From Klebsormidium nitens (Eukaryota > Plantae > Klebsormidiophyceae): 64,000 nucleotides of DNA. Below are positions 1 through 11,839 of the stretch, one piece after another; within the stretch, counting starts at the first letter, position 1; every line of letters starts with the position of its first letter. The stretch covers positions 59,878 through 123,877 of the forward strand of contig DF237192.1 of assembly GCA_000708835.1 (NCBI GenBank), written 5' to 3'. Below the pieces are notes generated by a model. It made no database searches. It worked only from the letters and a program-made list of their open reading frames with translations, and was not told the origin of the DNA. Position numbers and translations under genes: made by a program.

Positions 1-233
1 TCTTTAACGTCCTCGTCCGCCCCAGCGCCCGCACCCGGATCTTCATCAATCTAGTTGTCAAGGAGCGCTTTTACACCAAGTCGAAAGTCGAGCCGGAGCA
101 CATGTGCCCAAGCGACGGCTACGTGTGCTTCCGGAACAGCGACCTGATCAGCGGACAACTGGGGAAGGCGACGCTTGGGGCGGGGAACAAGAACGGGCTG
201 TTCACCGTGCTGCTGCGAGACTACTCGGCTGAG
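1..233 (+). CDS. NRPC1: RNA polymerase III largest subunit, exon A (gene starts upstream of the window)
   Basis: Frame 3 reads FNVLVRP...MCPSDGYVCFRNSDLISGQLGKATLGAGNKNGLFTVLLRDYSAE, matching plant RPC1; GT donor at 234. Confidence 0.93.
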
Positions 234-771
234 GTACGGATTAAGATCACCGCTGGTTTGGGTGGGTTGTGCTTTGACGGTTGAGGTACGATTCCTGTCG
301 CTGGACAGTCTGCGTAGCTGCCCGGTGCTTTAAATCCCTCCGATTGCCCTTGTGTTGGATCAAGGCGTAAGAAGGCCAAGCTCACTTGCAAAACATCTGG
401 CATCTGCCTAATCGTTCAGATGAGACCCGAGACTGTGGATCCAACGATTGTAGAAAACCCGCTTCATAACCATTTTAACGTCTGAGCGTGAGCGCATGTC
501 GTTCTACTTGATTGTTAGTCACAGTTGGCATAGGAATCTTTCGAAGCTTTCAACTGGTCTATCGAAAGCTTGCAGATTGGTATGCAGTCATATCCCCGAT
601 GCTTTGTTTTCCTGCGTAAGTCTCTCTGCCCCGCTTCCTTCCGTTGAGCTCCTTTCTCACTCTGCTTTTCTCCGTTCATCAAATCACTCCCCAACGACAA
701 ATTGGCTCCTGCTCTTTGAGACTATATTTTGGGCATGGCATTGAATGCTGACACGTGTCATGTCCCAATAG

Positions 772-996
772 GTCGCGGCCGCGTGCATGAACCGGCTTGC
801 CAAGTTCAGCGCGCGCTTCATCGGCAACCACGGCTTCTCCATCGGGATCGATGACGTGGCACCAGGGCCGAAGCTGTCGGTCGAGAAGGAGAAGCAGATT
901 GCCAAGGGGTATTCTGCGTGCGACGCGCACATCCAGGCGTATGCAAAGGGAAAGCTGGCGTTGCAGGCCGGGTGTAACGCCGCAGAGACGCTCGAG
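772..996 (+). CDS. NRPC1: RPC1 exon B
   Basis: AG acceptor; VAAACMNRLAKFSARFIGNHGFSIGIDDV...AAETLE; donor GTGAGT at 997. Confidence 0.95.
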
Positions 997-1621
997 GTGA
1001 GTTGCAATTTGTTGGGCACAGCTTGAAGGTGAAGTGAACGTTGTCAGAAAATTTGGCGCAGAGTTAGTCTAAGGAAACGCGACCCAGGATTGCAATAAGT
1101 CAGGGACCCGGAAGCATGTGGAATTGGAATGCCATCTGTGAGGCATTCTTATAGATGGTTTCGGCTCACCCTCTTGTCTTCTACTACGGGTCAAATATGC
1201 GCACATGCCAGCAAGCGAATTTTACCGAGGTGGATAAATCCAGAGAGGAGCCACAAAGTTGCGAACTCAATTGATTCCAGAGTTCCGCTTCCTTGAAGAT
1301 CACGTGCGTCATTCCTGGCCGTTTCTCTTTCTTTTGATCCGTGTAATTGCCGGACCCCACCTGCGTGAACGGGCCCTCGAAGGTCTCTGCTTGGACGGAA
1401 ATTTGAAAGACATAGGCCCTATGCGAGTCGTGCGGATAGACCGATCTGTTGAGCTCTTACTTTCTCACAGTGCGATCATGGAATCCAAGAATCAGCCGGC
1501 AAGGTTTCCCGGCTTGGATTTGCACTTACGCAAGAACCCGATTTCTGCGAGCAAAACCTCCTTAACCCTGTTCTTTGCTTTATTCGTCGAAGCACCTTGT
1601 CAAAGACGTTTGGTTTTGCAG

Positions 1622-1692
1622 GCCGAGATTACGGGAGAGCTGAACAAGATTCGAGAAGAAGCCGGCAAGGTGTGCCTGCGCAAGATGCACTG
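1622..1692 (+). pseudogene. Dead copy of the 5' end of RPC1 exon C, with acceptor
   Basis: tttgcag|[20 protein letters not shown] (2 synonymous differences from 1794-1853), then decays and reaches a stop. Confidence 0.9.
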
Positions 1693-1793
1693 CGGAGCAG
1701 TTTGAGCTTGAGAAAGCATAAGAAAAATCCGATCCGAACCAACCGCTTTTGACATGTCCAGATGCAGTTCTGCGAATCCTTGCCTTTCCGCAG

Positions 1794-2019
1794 GCCGAAA
1801 TCACGGGAGAGCTGAACAAGATTCGAGAAGAAGCCGGCAAGGTGTGCCTGCGCGAGCTCCACTGGCGCAACAGCCCGCTCACCATGGCGCAGTGTGGTTC
1901 CAAAGGGTCCACCATCAACATCAGTCAGATGGTTGCGTGTGTCGGGCAGCAGACGGTCAGCGGGCATCGTGCGCCGGACGGGTTCATCAGCCGAAGTTTG
2001 CCGCACTTTCCAAAATTCG
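1794..2019 (+). CDS. NRPC1: RPC1 exon C
   Basis: [12 protein letters not shown]...[49 protein letters not shown]; cag acceptor, GTAGGT donor, phase 1. Confidence 0.95.
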
Positions 2020-2106
2020 GTAGGTATTTCGATGTCGATCGGATCGGAACGACGCATAACATTCTTTGACCTAGAGATCAGTCATATTCAGTTCTTGGTC
2101 AGAGGG

Positions 2107-2196
2107 GCCTGTCTCGGGCAGCAGACGGTCAGCGGGCACCATGCGCCAGACGGTTTCCTCAGCCGAAGTTTGCCGCACTTTCCCAAGCACGGTAAG
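2107..2196 (+). pseudogene. Dead copy 1 of the 3' end of exon C, with donor
   Basis: [28 protein letters not shown]|GTAAG. Confidence 0.9.
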
Positions 2197-2287
2197 TTCT
2201 GATCATTCTTTTGCTATCCTGCTCTTATTACGTCGGGCCTTCCTTGCGCTTCTTTCTTGTCCGGATCGTCGAGCCAACTGTCGGAAC

Positions 2288-2372
2288 GTTGGGCAGCAGA
2301 CTGTCAGCGGGCACCGGGCTCCAGATGGTTTCATCAGCAGGAATCTGCCGCTCTTTTTCAAGCACGGTAAGT
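2288..2372 (+). pseudogene. Dead copy 2 of the 3' end of exon C, with donor
   Basis: [26 protein letters not shown]|GTAAGT. Confidence 0.9.
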
Positions 2373-2471
2373 ATCCTACTTCTGAATTGGAACGACCTCG
2401 ATCATGATGCTGGGTCGGACTAATCATGTCCGTGTTTGCCGTCCCAAGGTTTCGATCGAAGGTCGTATGTG

Positions 2472-2544
2472 TCAGACTGTCAGCGAGCACCATGCGCCGG
2501 ACGAGTTCATCAGCCAAAGTTTGCGAAGTTTGCGCCGTTTGCCC
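2472..2544 (+). pseudogene. Degenerate copy 3 of the 3' end of exon C
   Basis: cagactgtcagcgagcaccatgcgccggacgagttcatcagccaaagtttg; internal duplication, no clear donor. Confidence 0.8.
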
Positions 2545-2686
2545 GGGAATGGGTGGTGGTATTGAGTTCACAAACACAATCGTGTCTGGGGGTATCTAGC
2601 TCACGTTTGATTGCCACGACGAGGTTGGGGCATCCCAAGACAGCGAGAATACAACCTGATGCCTCTTGTGATTTCCTTCTTTGCAG

Positions 2687-2766
2687 ACAAGACCCCCCGG
2701 GCGAAGGGCTTTGTCGCGAACACCTTTTACAGCGGCATGTCGCTCGACGCGTTCTTCTTCGATACG
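2687..2766 (+). pseudogene. Dead copy of the 5' end of exon D, with acceptor
   Basis: ttgcag|(D)[26 protein letters not shown]. Confidence 0.9.
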
Positions 2767-2874
2767 TTCTCGTCAAGTTGTTGAAGAGCCCACCTTTAGA
2801 GAGCAAGACTGATGCCCAGACGTTCCTAAGACTGCGAGAGTAGAACTTGACGCCTGGTGTTTGTCCTCTTGCAG

Positions 2875-3032
2875 ACAAGACTCCCCGCGCCAAAGGCTTT
2901 GTCGCCAACTCCTTCTACAGCGGCATGACTCCGGACGAGTTCTTCTTCCATACCATGGGCGGTCGCGAGGGGCTGGTCGACACTGCGGTGAAGACTGCGG
3001 AAACGGGTTACATGTCACGACGGCTGATGAAG
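2875..3032 (+). CDS. NRPC1: RPC1 exon D (bridge-helix region)
   Basis: (D)[52 protein letters not shown]; donor GTGAGC. Confidence 0.97.
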
Positions 3033-3522
3033 GTGAGCTCTTGGACCACAAAGGACACGCCTCCTAGATTAGTCCATTTTTGAGAGATCACCATTTTGTG
3101 CAGCGGCTGGTTTTTGGAACATCGCGTGCAACCATGTCTGGGGCCTGGAAGACCAAGAGTCTAGTCCACACTCCCTTAAATTGACAAAGTGCACGTATCC
3201 GCTTTGCCGTGCTTCATACGGTCACGATGTGCAGATTTGGTCGCTCTCGTCAGACGCGTCGTGATGAGGTCATTACATTCTGCGAACTTCGCTTCAAGGT
3301 GGATTGTGAGAGCACTCTAGCCTGGTCCAAGCTATGACAGGAACACTTTGGTCATTGCCCTAGTTGTGCGAGTTGCTTCGGTCCAAAAAGTGGGAGCAAT
3401 CGATTCCGCGTCCATCTCAGCTTAAGGTCTTCCGTTACAGCACTTTCAGGTCCTGTCGACAATTATCCACCACGATTACTTGTAAGGAGTGATCCTATGA
3501 ACCGAAGTTGAACGCGTTGGTG

Positions 3523-3583
3523 GGCAAGGATGGCGAATGTGATTTGGGTTGTCGCCCACGTCGTCTTCAATTCCGCTGATGCC
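3523..3583 (+). ncRNA. Box C/D-like family member (RPC1 intron after exon D)
   Basis: GGCA-AGGATGG...TGGGTTGTCGCCCA hairpin...CTGA-TGCC. Confidence 0.55.
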
Positions 3584-4773
3584 TGCATTCAACCAACGGG
3601 AAGCTCACTTTTGCCCGCAAAACGTGAAAGGCCGATCAAGGCGTTACTAACCCCCACACCCCTTTCTCTTAGGCAATTGGCCACATTGGAGGCGTGTGCT
3701 CATGTATTGCTCGGCTGCTGCTTGGTCAGTGCTCTGTAAACCGTCGTTCGTAGAAGGCACACCCTTCTGCCGTCATCATTGACGGGGGTAAAAGTACAAG
3801 CTTTCAGCCTTCAGTTGCAAGCCACCACTTTACGAAGTTCAGATCTGTGTTGAGACGTCCCGGTCGCTTGAATCTGCTCGTCTCTCCTAGAAGCAGCAGT
3901 TCTGCCGTTGGATGTGTTGGAGGTTTGTGCATTTGCCAATCCGTGCAGAGCATTTATACCAGACTTAAAGGTTTGCGAGGTTTGCTCTGCCCCTTTGACG
4001 TTGACAAGCCAAGTGGGGCTGCGTCGTTGCCAGTTTCTACGCCAAACGTTCTCTACCGGCATTGACATTCTGCTATTTGCGGAATCTCCATCCTGTAATA
4101 CGGTACGAATATCAACGGGCCTCTCCAGGCGAGGACGTCATCTTACTATGGGCACAGCTCATTCTTGCAATTTGCACGGACGCCTCGTCTCTTCGCCCGG
4201 AAAAAAAATCTTGCGTACGACGACCGTGGTGCTTTTGTTTGTATCTCGAGGAACCTGATAAGCTTCTTTTGATCTGTGCCTTGATCTTCATTGATCTTCA
4301 CAGGTCAACTCTTTCTGTCGGCTATTACTGGTATTTTCTGTCTTTTCTGCTGAATCCTGCAGAAGTCGCAGGCTTTTGCATGCCATTGGTGTCCGTTTGT
4401 CTTGCAAATGCCTTTCCAAGACACTTCGTACGGTTGGATTGCCCAATCAGAGGCCCTGCGCGGATATTTTGCGGTTCGCTTCCTATTGGCTGAATGTGGA
4501 CATCAGAGCCGGAGGTGCGGAGACTGTTGTGGCGCCAAAGAGGTGTTCATATATGACCTGTCTGTGCTTTCCTCTGCTCAAGGACAGAGTACAGCGTGCA
4601 GAATGTTGCCTTACAAATCTTGGAGTGGTGATTTGACATTTGGTGTGGGGATCGTTGAGAGCTCGAGCGCACCGCATAGCTGCAACACAGCATTGGTTAT
4701 GCAACATTATTGACGTTCTCTGGGAATGCTTTTCTACGACCGTATATATGAGTTTGAGGAGACGAAAGCTTGC

Positions 4774-4850
4774 GTGGCAATGAAGTCAAGTGATGTGGGC
4801 GCCACGGCCGAGTCCCACGCATTGCAAGAATTGCAGTATTTGATGCCGCC
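4774..4850 (+). ncRNA. Box C/D-like member, degenerate (intron after exon D)
   Basis: GTGGCA-ATGAAGT...GTGGG/CCCAC hairpin...TTGA-TGCC. Confidence 0.4.
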
Positions 4851-5858
4851 ATGCTACCATTTCCCAAGAAGCTGCAAATCTGGATGCGTACACACCCAAA
4901 GCGCTTGGAGTGGAGTTTGCAAGTCGAGAATTTCCAGAAGGGCATTGTACGTCCCGCAGCCGTCCAGTGTTCTCGTGTCGTCACCTCAAACTTTGGGTTG
5001 TCAAAGATGGGAAAACGCCTGATGTGCCCATTTCAGGCATCTATTTCTACTTTTTGAGACAACCTTAAATGTTTTTCCTGGACTGTGATGCGTCGTTCTT
5101 AGTGCGTCAATTGAAGCCAAGTAGGTTCCACATGCGTGGAGCAGGTCAATGAGAAACGAATCGAAACTGCTGAATTTGTGTCTTAGTCCACACGCTACCA
5201 GGATACGGTCGTCGACAGGGAGACGAAGAGATTGTCTTGAAAAGTTTGGTTGTTGTATTTGATTGGCGTTCCCCTTCGCTTAGTCATTTTCAACTTGAGT
5301 TGCAGACTCAGAAGAATAAGTCAAGATTGTGCCTGCTATCCTGTTGCGGTGCAAAATTGGGCCCTTGAGAGGTTATGTGATTCTTCTTCTGTCTCCATCT
5401 TGGTGCCCCTTGAGTCGCGCATATGGCGCTTTGACTTGTTGACCTTTCTTAAACTAACTTTTCCGGGGCTACCGACGAACTTTATGACCTGCAAAGTACC
5501 GCTTGCTAATATGTCCCATTTCAGCACACCTCGCTGGCCATGTCACTAAACTTCTTATGCAGTTGGTCACGCCCCTCAATATATGTATATTCGATTTCTT
5601 TGGAAGATAGCTGAGACATCGTTATTCCCTCTTTGATTCCACTGTTCTTTCAACTTCTGTCCAGAACAACAGAAAGTTCTCAGATGTTTGATATTAAGAA
5701 GCGGAGAGCGCAGCTCGCCTCCTCATGATCTCTTAACCACTATCGGGTCAAGTGTGGATATTCAGAGGTTCCATTTCAACCTGTACGATCCGCCCTCTGT
5801 CAGCTGAGTCGTTCCCTTTATCAAACAAATCTAAAGAATCACTGTTTGCCTTGCGCAG

Positions 5859-6017
5859 TCGCTGGAGGACCTCTCGACGATGTACGATGGGACTGTACGC
5901 AACTCCAGCGGGGGCATCGTGCAGCTCAAGTACGGAGACGACGGCATGGACCCCGTCTGCATGGAGGCGAAAGACGGGCAGCCCGTGGACCTTACTCGCG
6001 TAATGATGAAAACAAAG
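5859..6017 (+). CDS. NRPC1: RPC1 exon E
   Basis: SLEDLSTMYDGTVRNSSGGIVQLKYGDDGMDPVCMEAKDG...KTK; cag/GTACGT boundaries. Confidence 0.95.
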
Positions 6018-6415
6018 GTACGTGGAATATCTGGCGGGCTCACTACGCTGGAAGTCGTTGATTGGAAAATCTGTGAGTAAATGCAGAGGGGCAGATCCAG
6101 GGCGGCCGCTTCAGCTTACCTTCTGGAAGGTGGACCCTTCCAATGCTTTTCAAGCATTCCACGGTCTTTGTGGGCTGGGTTTTGGTCTGGCCACGAAAAC
6201 CCAGGTTGTAACGAGCCGTCCGAAAAGGACGATATTGTCTCCGAGGGACCCTCTCCAAGAACTCGCTTGGGAGCTGGCTCTTTGCGATCCCGTAAGAGAT
6301 GCACGAGAACGTCCAGAACAGCCTCGCCCAAGCAGGCGCTTCAGACCGAGAAACTCGGCCTCATTTCAGGCCCTCTCTCATTTTGGTGCTTTCTTGACCG
6401 TCCGATCCCCTGCAG

Positions 6416-6504
6416 GCCCAGTCTCCGTTTCAGGGCCGGCCCGTCCTGACCCCTTCCGAAATGGATGAGATCATCAAGACCGCCTCTCTCAAGAAGACGC
6501 TTCC
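6416..6504 (+). pseudogene. Dead copy A of the 5' end of exon F, with acceptor
   Basis: tgcag|AQSPFQGRPVLTPSEMDEIIK, 1-nt deletion, then RLSQEDAS. Confidence 0.9.
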
Positions 6505-6744
6505 ATTGAAAACTTTGGCGTCGAGACATTGCCTCTCAAGTCGATCTCCGCGCTTGAATTCCAACCGTCCAATTCGTTTGCATGCCTTATGTTTGATTCA
6601 GGGTCCGCCTGTCTTCACCTTGTCGTAAACGGACGACATCGTCCGACAGCGCCTCTCCAGGGAAAAGACAACACGATCAAACCCATGGTTCTATGTCAAC
6701 CTCAGCCAGTGCACTCCGGTCACGTTCGGCCCAACTTTTTGCAG

Positions 6745-6824
6745 GCCTAGTGTCCAATTCAGGGCCGGCCCGTCCTTATCCCGTCCGAAATGGACGATAT
6801 CGTCCGTAACCGCCTCTCTCAAGA
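6745..6824 (+). pseudogene. Dead copy B of the 5' end of exon F, with acceptor
   Basis: gcag|A*CPIQGRPVLIPSEMDDIVRNRLSQD (in-frame TAG at codon 2). Confidence 0.88.
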
Positions 6825-6910
6825 TTTTTGAATTGGGGACTTCGTTCCTATTCCTTCCAAATTTTCTTCCGACTTTCATGCTTAAATCCGAACGAACCAT
6901 TATTGTGCAG

Positions 6911-7212
6911 GCCCAGAGTCCGCTCCAGGGCCGGCCCGTGCTGACTCCGTCCGAAATGGACGAATTCGTCCAGAACCGCCTCTCCCAAGAAGACGCTTCG
7001 ACCGCCAGCGGGTGCTCGGAGCTCTTTAACCGGAGCCTGGCGAAATTCCTCAAGGGCGAATCGGACGCGGTTAGGGAAACCCGGAAGCGGTTAGGACTGA
7101 CCGACAAAACGGAACCAGGGGAAGAAGGGTCCGCGCCGGAACGAGCGGCGGCGAGCATACGGGGCTGGACGGCGCGCCAACTGGAGATCTTCTTGGACAC
7201 GTGTATATCTAG
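6911..7212 (+). CDS. NRPC1: RPC1 exon F
   Basis: AQSPLQGRPVLTPSEMDEFVQ...QLEIFLDTCIS; cag/GTCAGT boundaries, phase 2 fits the next exon. Confidence 0.9.
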
Positions 7213-7662
7213 GTCAGTTCGATCATCTCTCGAGAACCAGCGCTCGTTTTTCTGAACGGGTATCCACCCGTTTCTTGTGGACGGTTATGTTGCTTCGAAG
7301 GGCTGCGCCAGATATTCTGACAAGGGTCTGGACTTTGGGGGTTGGGATGTCATACGTTCCGCTGACTGATCGTAGGCTCGTCGAAGAGCGGTTGTGGTTT
7401 TGATGAACTACCAAACCGAAACGAAAAGGAACTGCTGCCTTGATGCCAATCATCTTTGAGTCCAATCTACGTTCTCTGCTCTCTCAGTTCGCCGTATTTT
7501 GCTGGTTCCGAAAAACCTCAAGATGTGACGTCGACGTCGTGGGAGCGATAGCCTCAATAAGAGAGATTATGTGACATTTGCACCGCTGCACGTGCATCAG
7601 CCCAAGACCAGGGTACGAATCGCTGATAAGCCAAATGGGCGACGGGACTCTCCGAGTACTGA

Positions 7663-7923
<261 letters not shown>

Positions 7924-8225
7924 TGAATCCCGTTTCGAGCACTTTCTAACAGGTCTTGTAGGCAACACAGTGGCTTCTTAAGGTGTTTCAGACCGGAGAT
8001 ATCGGCCTGCACAATCGGTATAGCGGGCGGGTGTCTACACGTGCGTAATGTTCAAGACGATGTTGACCGTTGACCCGGCACTTCTGGTTAGACCTGGTAA
8101 CATTGAAGGACATTGGCTGCTTAGCAAGAAGGATTCTTTGAGATCGCTGTGCTGATCGCGAAGGTGTTGCGTTCGAATTTTACTAACTGCAATGAAGGAT
8201 TTTAACACCCAGTAAACTCCTGCAG

Positions 8226-8377
8226 ACATCACGCTGGGAGTCCCGCGCATCAAAGAGATCATCAACGCCTCCAAGAACATCAGCACGCCAATCATCACCG
8301 TCAAGCTAGTGTCCGAGCACGACCTCAAGGCGGCACGCATTGTCAAGGGCCGGATAGAGAAGACGACGCTTGGAGAG
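8226..8377 (+). CDS. NRPC1: RPC1 exon H
   Basis: (N)[27 protein letters not shown]...[12 protein letters not shown]; donor GTAGGT. Confidence 0.97.
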
Positions 8378-9046
8378 GTAGGTTCCGAGTCCCGTCCTGA
8401 CTCGCTTTCGGGTTGTCTTGATTGCGGTCAGGACGTCTGCGTGAGAAGCCGTTCCTTGACGGGGCCATCCTTCAACAGTCACAATTGAGAGGTCTCATAC
8501 CCAGAAGCTCCGTGAAACGTAGTCTGCAACCCTGCTTGGGTGCCTCAGAGTTGAGTATGTTGACGTTTTGTCGACTCACTTAGATTCTGGCCCTCGCGTT
8601 GCCTGGACGGCAGCAAAGAAAAATGCGTTTCGATTTAAGTCAGCCGAAGTATTTAGGAGAATAGTCCACCTGACCCTGAAACAGGTCTTGTGATCGAGAA
8701 ATGGAACGACGGCGGTACGATTTTTGTCGAGGTTTCTATAGCTCTCCTATGCTCTGAAACGCAAAACTTTTGTCACTTGTATAAATATTAAACTCCCGTC
8801 TCTTTATCTTTTTAAATTCAGTAAAAAGATCTACAAAGAGACAGGGCCGTGTGAGTTGAAACTCGTGTCCGGCCCGATGAGAAGAAAAGCGTTGTCTCGC
8901 CCTTGTCCCAACCCGAGTAGCATGGGGCACGTGAAATCCCGTGTGAATCTGCAAGGACCACCTCGTAAGGCTAAATCCTCCTGGACGACCGACAGCAAAC
9001 TTAGAAGCATGAGTCTATCCACCCAATTCCGGCGCTTTGCTCCCAG

Positions 9047-9319
9047 GTGGCGGATCACATCCAAACCGTCCTCGAGCCGGGCCGCGCCTTCATCTCCGTC
9101 CGACTCGACATGGACCGCATCCAGTCCCTCCAGCTGGGCATCGACGCGATAACGGTTGGGGACTCGATTGTTAACGCCCCCAAGATGAAGATCAAGCACT
9201 CGCACATCCGCGTGATCCGGCGCAACAAGCTGATTGTCTTCCCGCCCGACCAGGACCGGGGCAAGATGTTCTTTGCGCTGCAGTCGTTGCGCAACGCACT
9301 GCCTAGGGTCATCGTCAAG
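9047..9319 (+). CDS. NRPC1: RPC1 exon I
   Basis: VADHIQTVLEPG...LRNALPRVIVK; cag acceptor, GTGAGA donor. Confidence 0.93.
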
Positions 9320-9995
9320 GTGAGAGAGCTGCCTGACAGATTACTTCCAGCTTACTTAGGTCCTTTTGTTCTTGAAATGTGGATGTTGAATTTTGAAGCG
9401 GATCTGCCCAAGTGCAGCCCAATCGTTCATCAGTCCTTTCCTTCGCACGCCCTTACAAGTGGCAATAAGGGTAACGATGAGTTTGTAATGACTGTGTTCT
9501 TCGATTCTGTTTCGACTGGTTCACTGGAAGTCTCTCGGTGTCCTTGTCCGTTCCAAATCGTGTGCACGGTCTTTTCGTGTACATGCATACCGAGCCGGTC
9601 AGAAACCTGGGGCCACCGATCCGAAAGCGAGGGTACGTTGAGGAGTCTTACAAGATTGACTCGCAAATGCAGAAAAGCTTTCCGAGGGCTGAAGTCAAAG
9701 ACCTCAATGAGCTGAAGGCCGTGCTTATTCGTCGCTTGTGAATCGCTCGTGCCTTGGTCTGCTTCTACATGCCTCGTCGTTCTATTCGAAGCACCCAAGG
9801 ACATTTGCTTGGAGCCGTCAAGATTGCGAATAATATGCCTGCAACCTGTGGCTATGAAGACCCTGTTTTCCTGACTCAGAAGTCATGTCTCGTGGAATGC
9901 GAGCCGACTGCCACAAGCAGACTACTGCGTTTATTGGATAACGGAAGAGTTAGACTGATCAGTACGGCTTTCTTTGTAAAGGTTTCGGAAGTCGG

Positions 9996-10061
9996 GGCAA
10001 TGATGACCGCCGTCTGGGGCGGGATTGCGCTTCCAAGCGTTGCTGGGGTGTTCCAGATGCC
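9996..10061 (+). ncRNA. Box C/D-like member (intron after exon I)
   Basis: GGCA-ATGATGA...CAGA-TGCC. Confidence 0.45.
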
Positions 10062-10128
10062 AATCTGTGTACGCATCTTTGAAAGTGTTGAGTTTGGTGA
10101 CGTTTGTTGTGGTTGTGTCGAGCCCTTC

Positions 10129-10200
10129 GTGGCCGTGATGATCGTCGTTCATTGACCTTGAAGTCGGAGGTCATGATGTGCGGGAGAGTTTGAATGCCAC
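10129..10200 (+). ncRNA. Box C/D-like member (intron after exon I)
   Basis: GTGGCC-GTGATGA...TGACCT/AGGTCA hairpin...TTGA-ATGCCAC. Confidence 0.5.
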
Positions 10201-10683
10201 GTGCGAAGGACTTGATAGACGAGTATGAAGAAATTTGAGAATGTTCAGAACGTCTAAGCGAAGTTGTTTGAGATTTTCCCACAAGCGTGCCCTGTGCGAA
10301 CCGTCTGCTTTTCACCTTCATTTTTAGGGTCAGCTTTGCTGAGCGACCTTCTGAATGCCCAACAGATTGGCTTTCCCACCCGCTACGACAAATTCAACGC
10401 CTTCCACTATGCTTTCCCATAAGGAATATTTACGGCAATCGCTTCTTAAAACGTCCGCTCTCAACCGCGGTTGCAGAGGTCGAGCAATCCGTGACTTTTT
10501 TGAACGCCCTCAGGAGACTTGAATGTGTTTCTCCTTGGTCAGCCAAAGGGGACATTTCCACTAAGCCGTATTGACTGGCTGTTGTTTCTCAATTTGGGAA
10601 GGAAGCTTTTCGTCATCGTCACATGCGAAGAAGTAGATGCATTCGCTTATAATATTGGAAGCTGAGGTAAGAATTGTAAATTA

Positions 10684-10761
10684 GTGGCCGTGAAGATTGC
10701 CTGTTCTTGACTTGCCTTGGAAGGTCATGATCAGCGTTCGATGTTTGTCAGCAGACGCCAC
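10684..10761 (+). ncRNA. Box C/D-like member, paralogue of 10129
   Basis: GTGGCC-GTGAAGA...aggtcatgat...CAGA-CGCCAC. Confidence 0.45.
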
Positions 10762-11231
10762 AAGAAACAGGATTAAGCAGCCGCGTGGATTCAGGATTTA
10801 ACATCGTTCTTGTCTGGCCTGCTTTCGATTGCCGTTCTTGGAGGCTAGCCGGATCCCCCAAGCAAACACGTAAGCAGTGGATAATCGTGAGACAACGATG
10901 GCGTTCATTGTCGGTTACTCTGAGAAGACTCCGCAAGCAGTGCTGGTAATTACGCCTTTCTTTCCTTCTGAAGGTCGGAGTCGTGTGTTCGGTTGGCAGG
11001 CGGGCCACAAGCAATCATCTTTAAGTAGTACGGATGTAGAGCGGTCCAAGTCTGAGTGCTCTTTCTAGATTCTTTTTATTATGGCCATGAACACCCCCTG
11101 TTTTTGACCTCATGTTAAAAATCAACATGGGTACCGTCGTCGGGCCGATGCCACGAGCTTTGTGCATGTGTGATAAATTTTCACAACCTCGGAGCTACCT
11201 CATTGGGAAAGTCTACTTGGCCCTTGTATGC

Positions 11232-11302
11232 TGCGGCGATGAATTCTCGAAAAAGTGGTCCGGGGGCCAGAAGTGCCATCACTGGGTGAGCCTGATGCCG
11301 CA
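11232..11302 (+). ncRNA. Box C/D-like member (intron after exon I)
   Basis: 6-bp stem TGCGGC/GCCGCA, degenerate C box, TGGTCC..GGGCCA hairpin, CTGA. Confidence 0.5.
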
Positions 11303-11770
11303 AGCAGACAGTCCTAGCGTCGTCATCTCACGATTTGTTGAGAGCGCCTGAAGCACGACTTACCCGGATTACAAGTCCTCTTACCGTTTTTGACATCTCG
11401 GGCATCGAAAAGTGCACCCCTCGTTGTTTCCGGATTTATTTTCCCGAAGGATCTTTGTTGCCGACCATCGGCACTTCGGCGAACAGTTTCTCCTATGCGG
11501 TCCTCCTTCGATTTAATGCTGTGAGGCGCTGACTTTTTGCTTGTTTGGAGCGTTTCATTAAGTGAAGGCACGACCGACTCGTGGTTGGCGCAAGCACGTT
11601 AGTGTTATTAATCAAATCAGAGCGTGCATCCAGCACTTTTCGGCCGCCGATTGAAGGCCAATAGCCCAGGTGGGGCAAAACTGTTTGGACGGTTGATGTT
11701 CTCCAACTCCGGACTTTGACTATCTACTTTATGAAACGGTCAGGACCTTGTCGTCACGCACTGAGAGCCG

Positions 11771-11839
11771 GTGGCAATGATGGGCTCGCTCAGATGACCG
11801 GTGAGGCTAACGTCAAGATCCGGGGACCTTGATGGCCAT
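11771..11839 (+). ncRNA. ATGATGG-subfamily C/D-like unit 1 of the intronic tandem array
   Basis: GTGGCA-ATGATGGGCT...TTGA-TGGCCAT. Confidence 0.55.
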
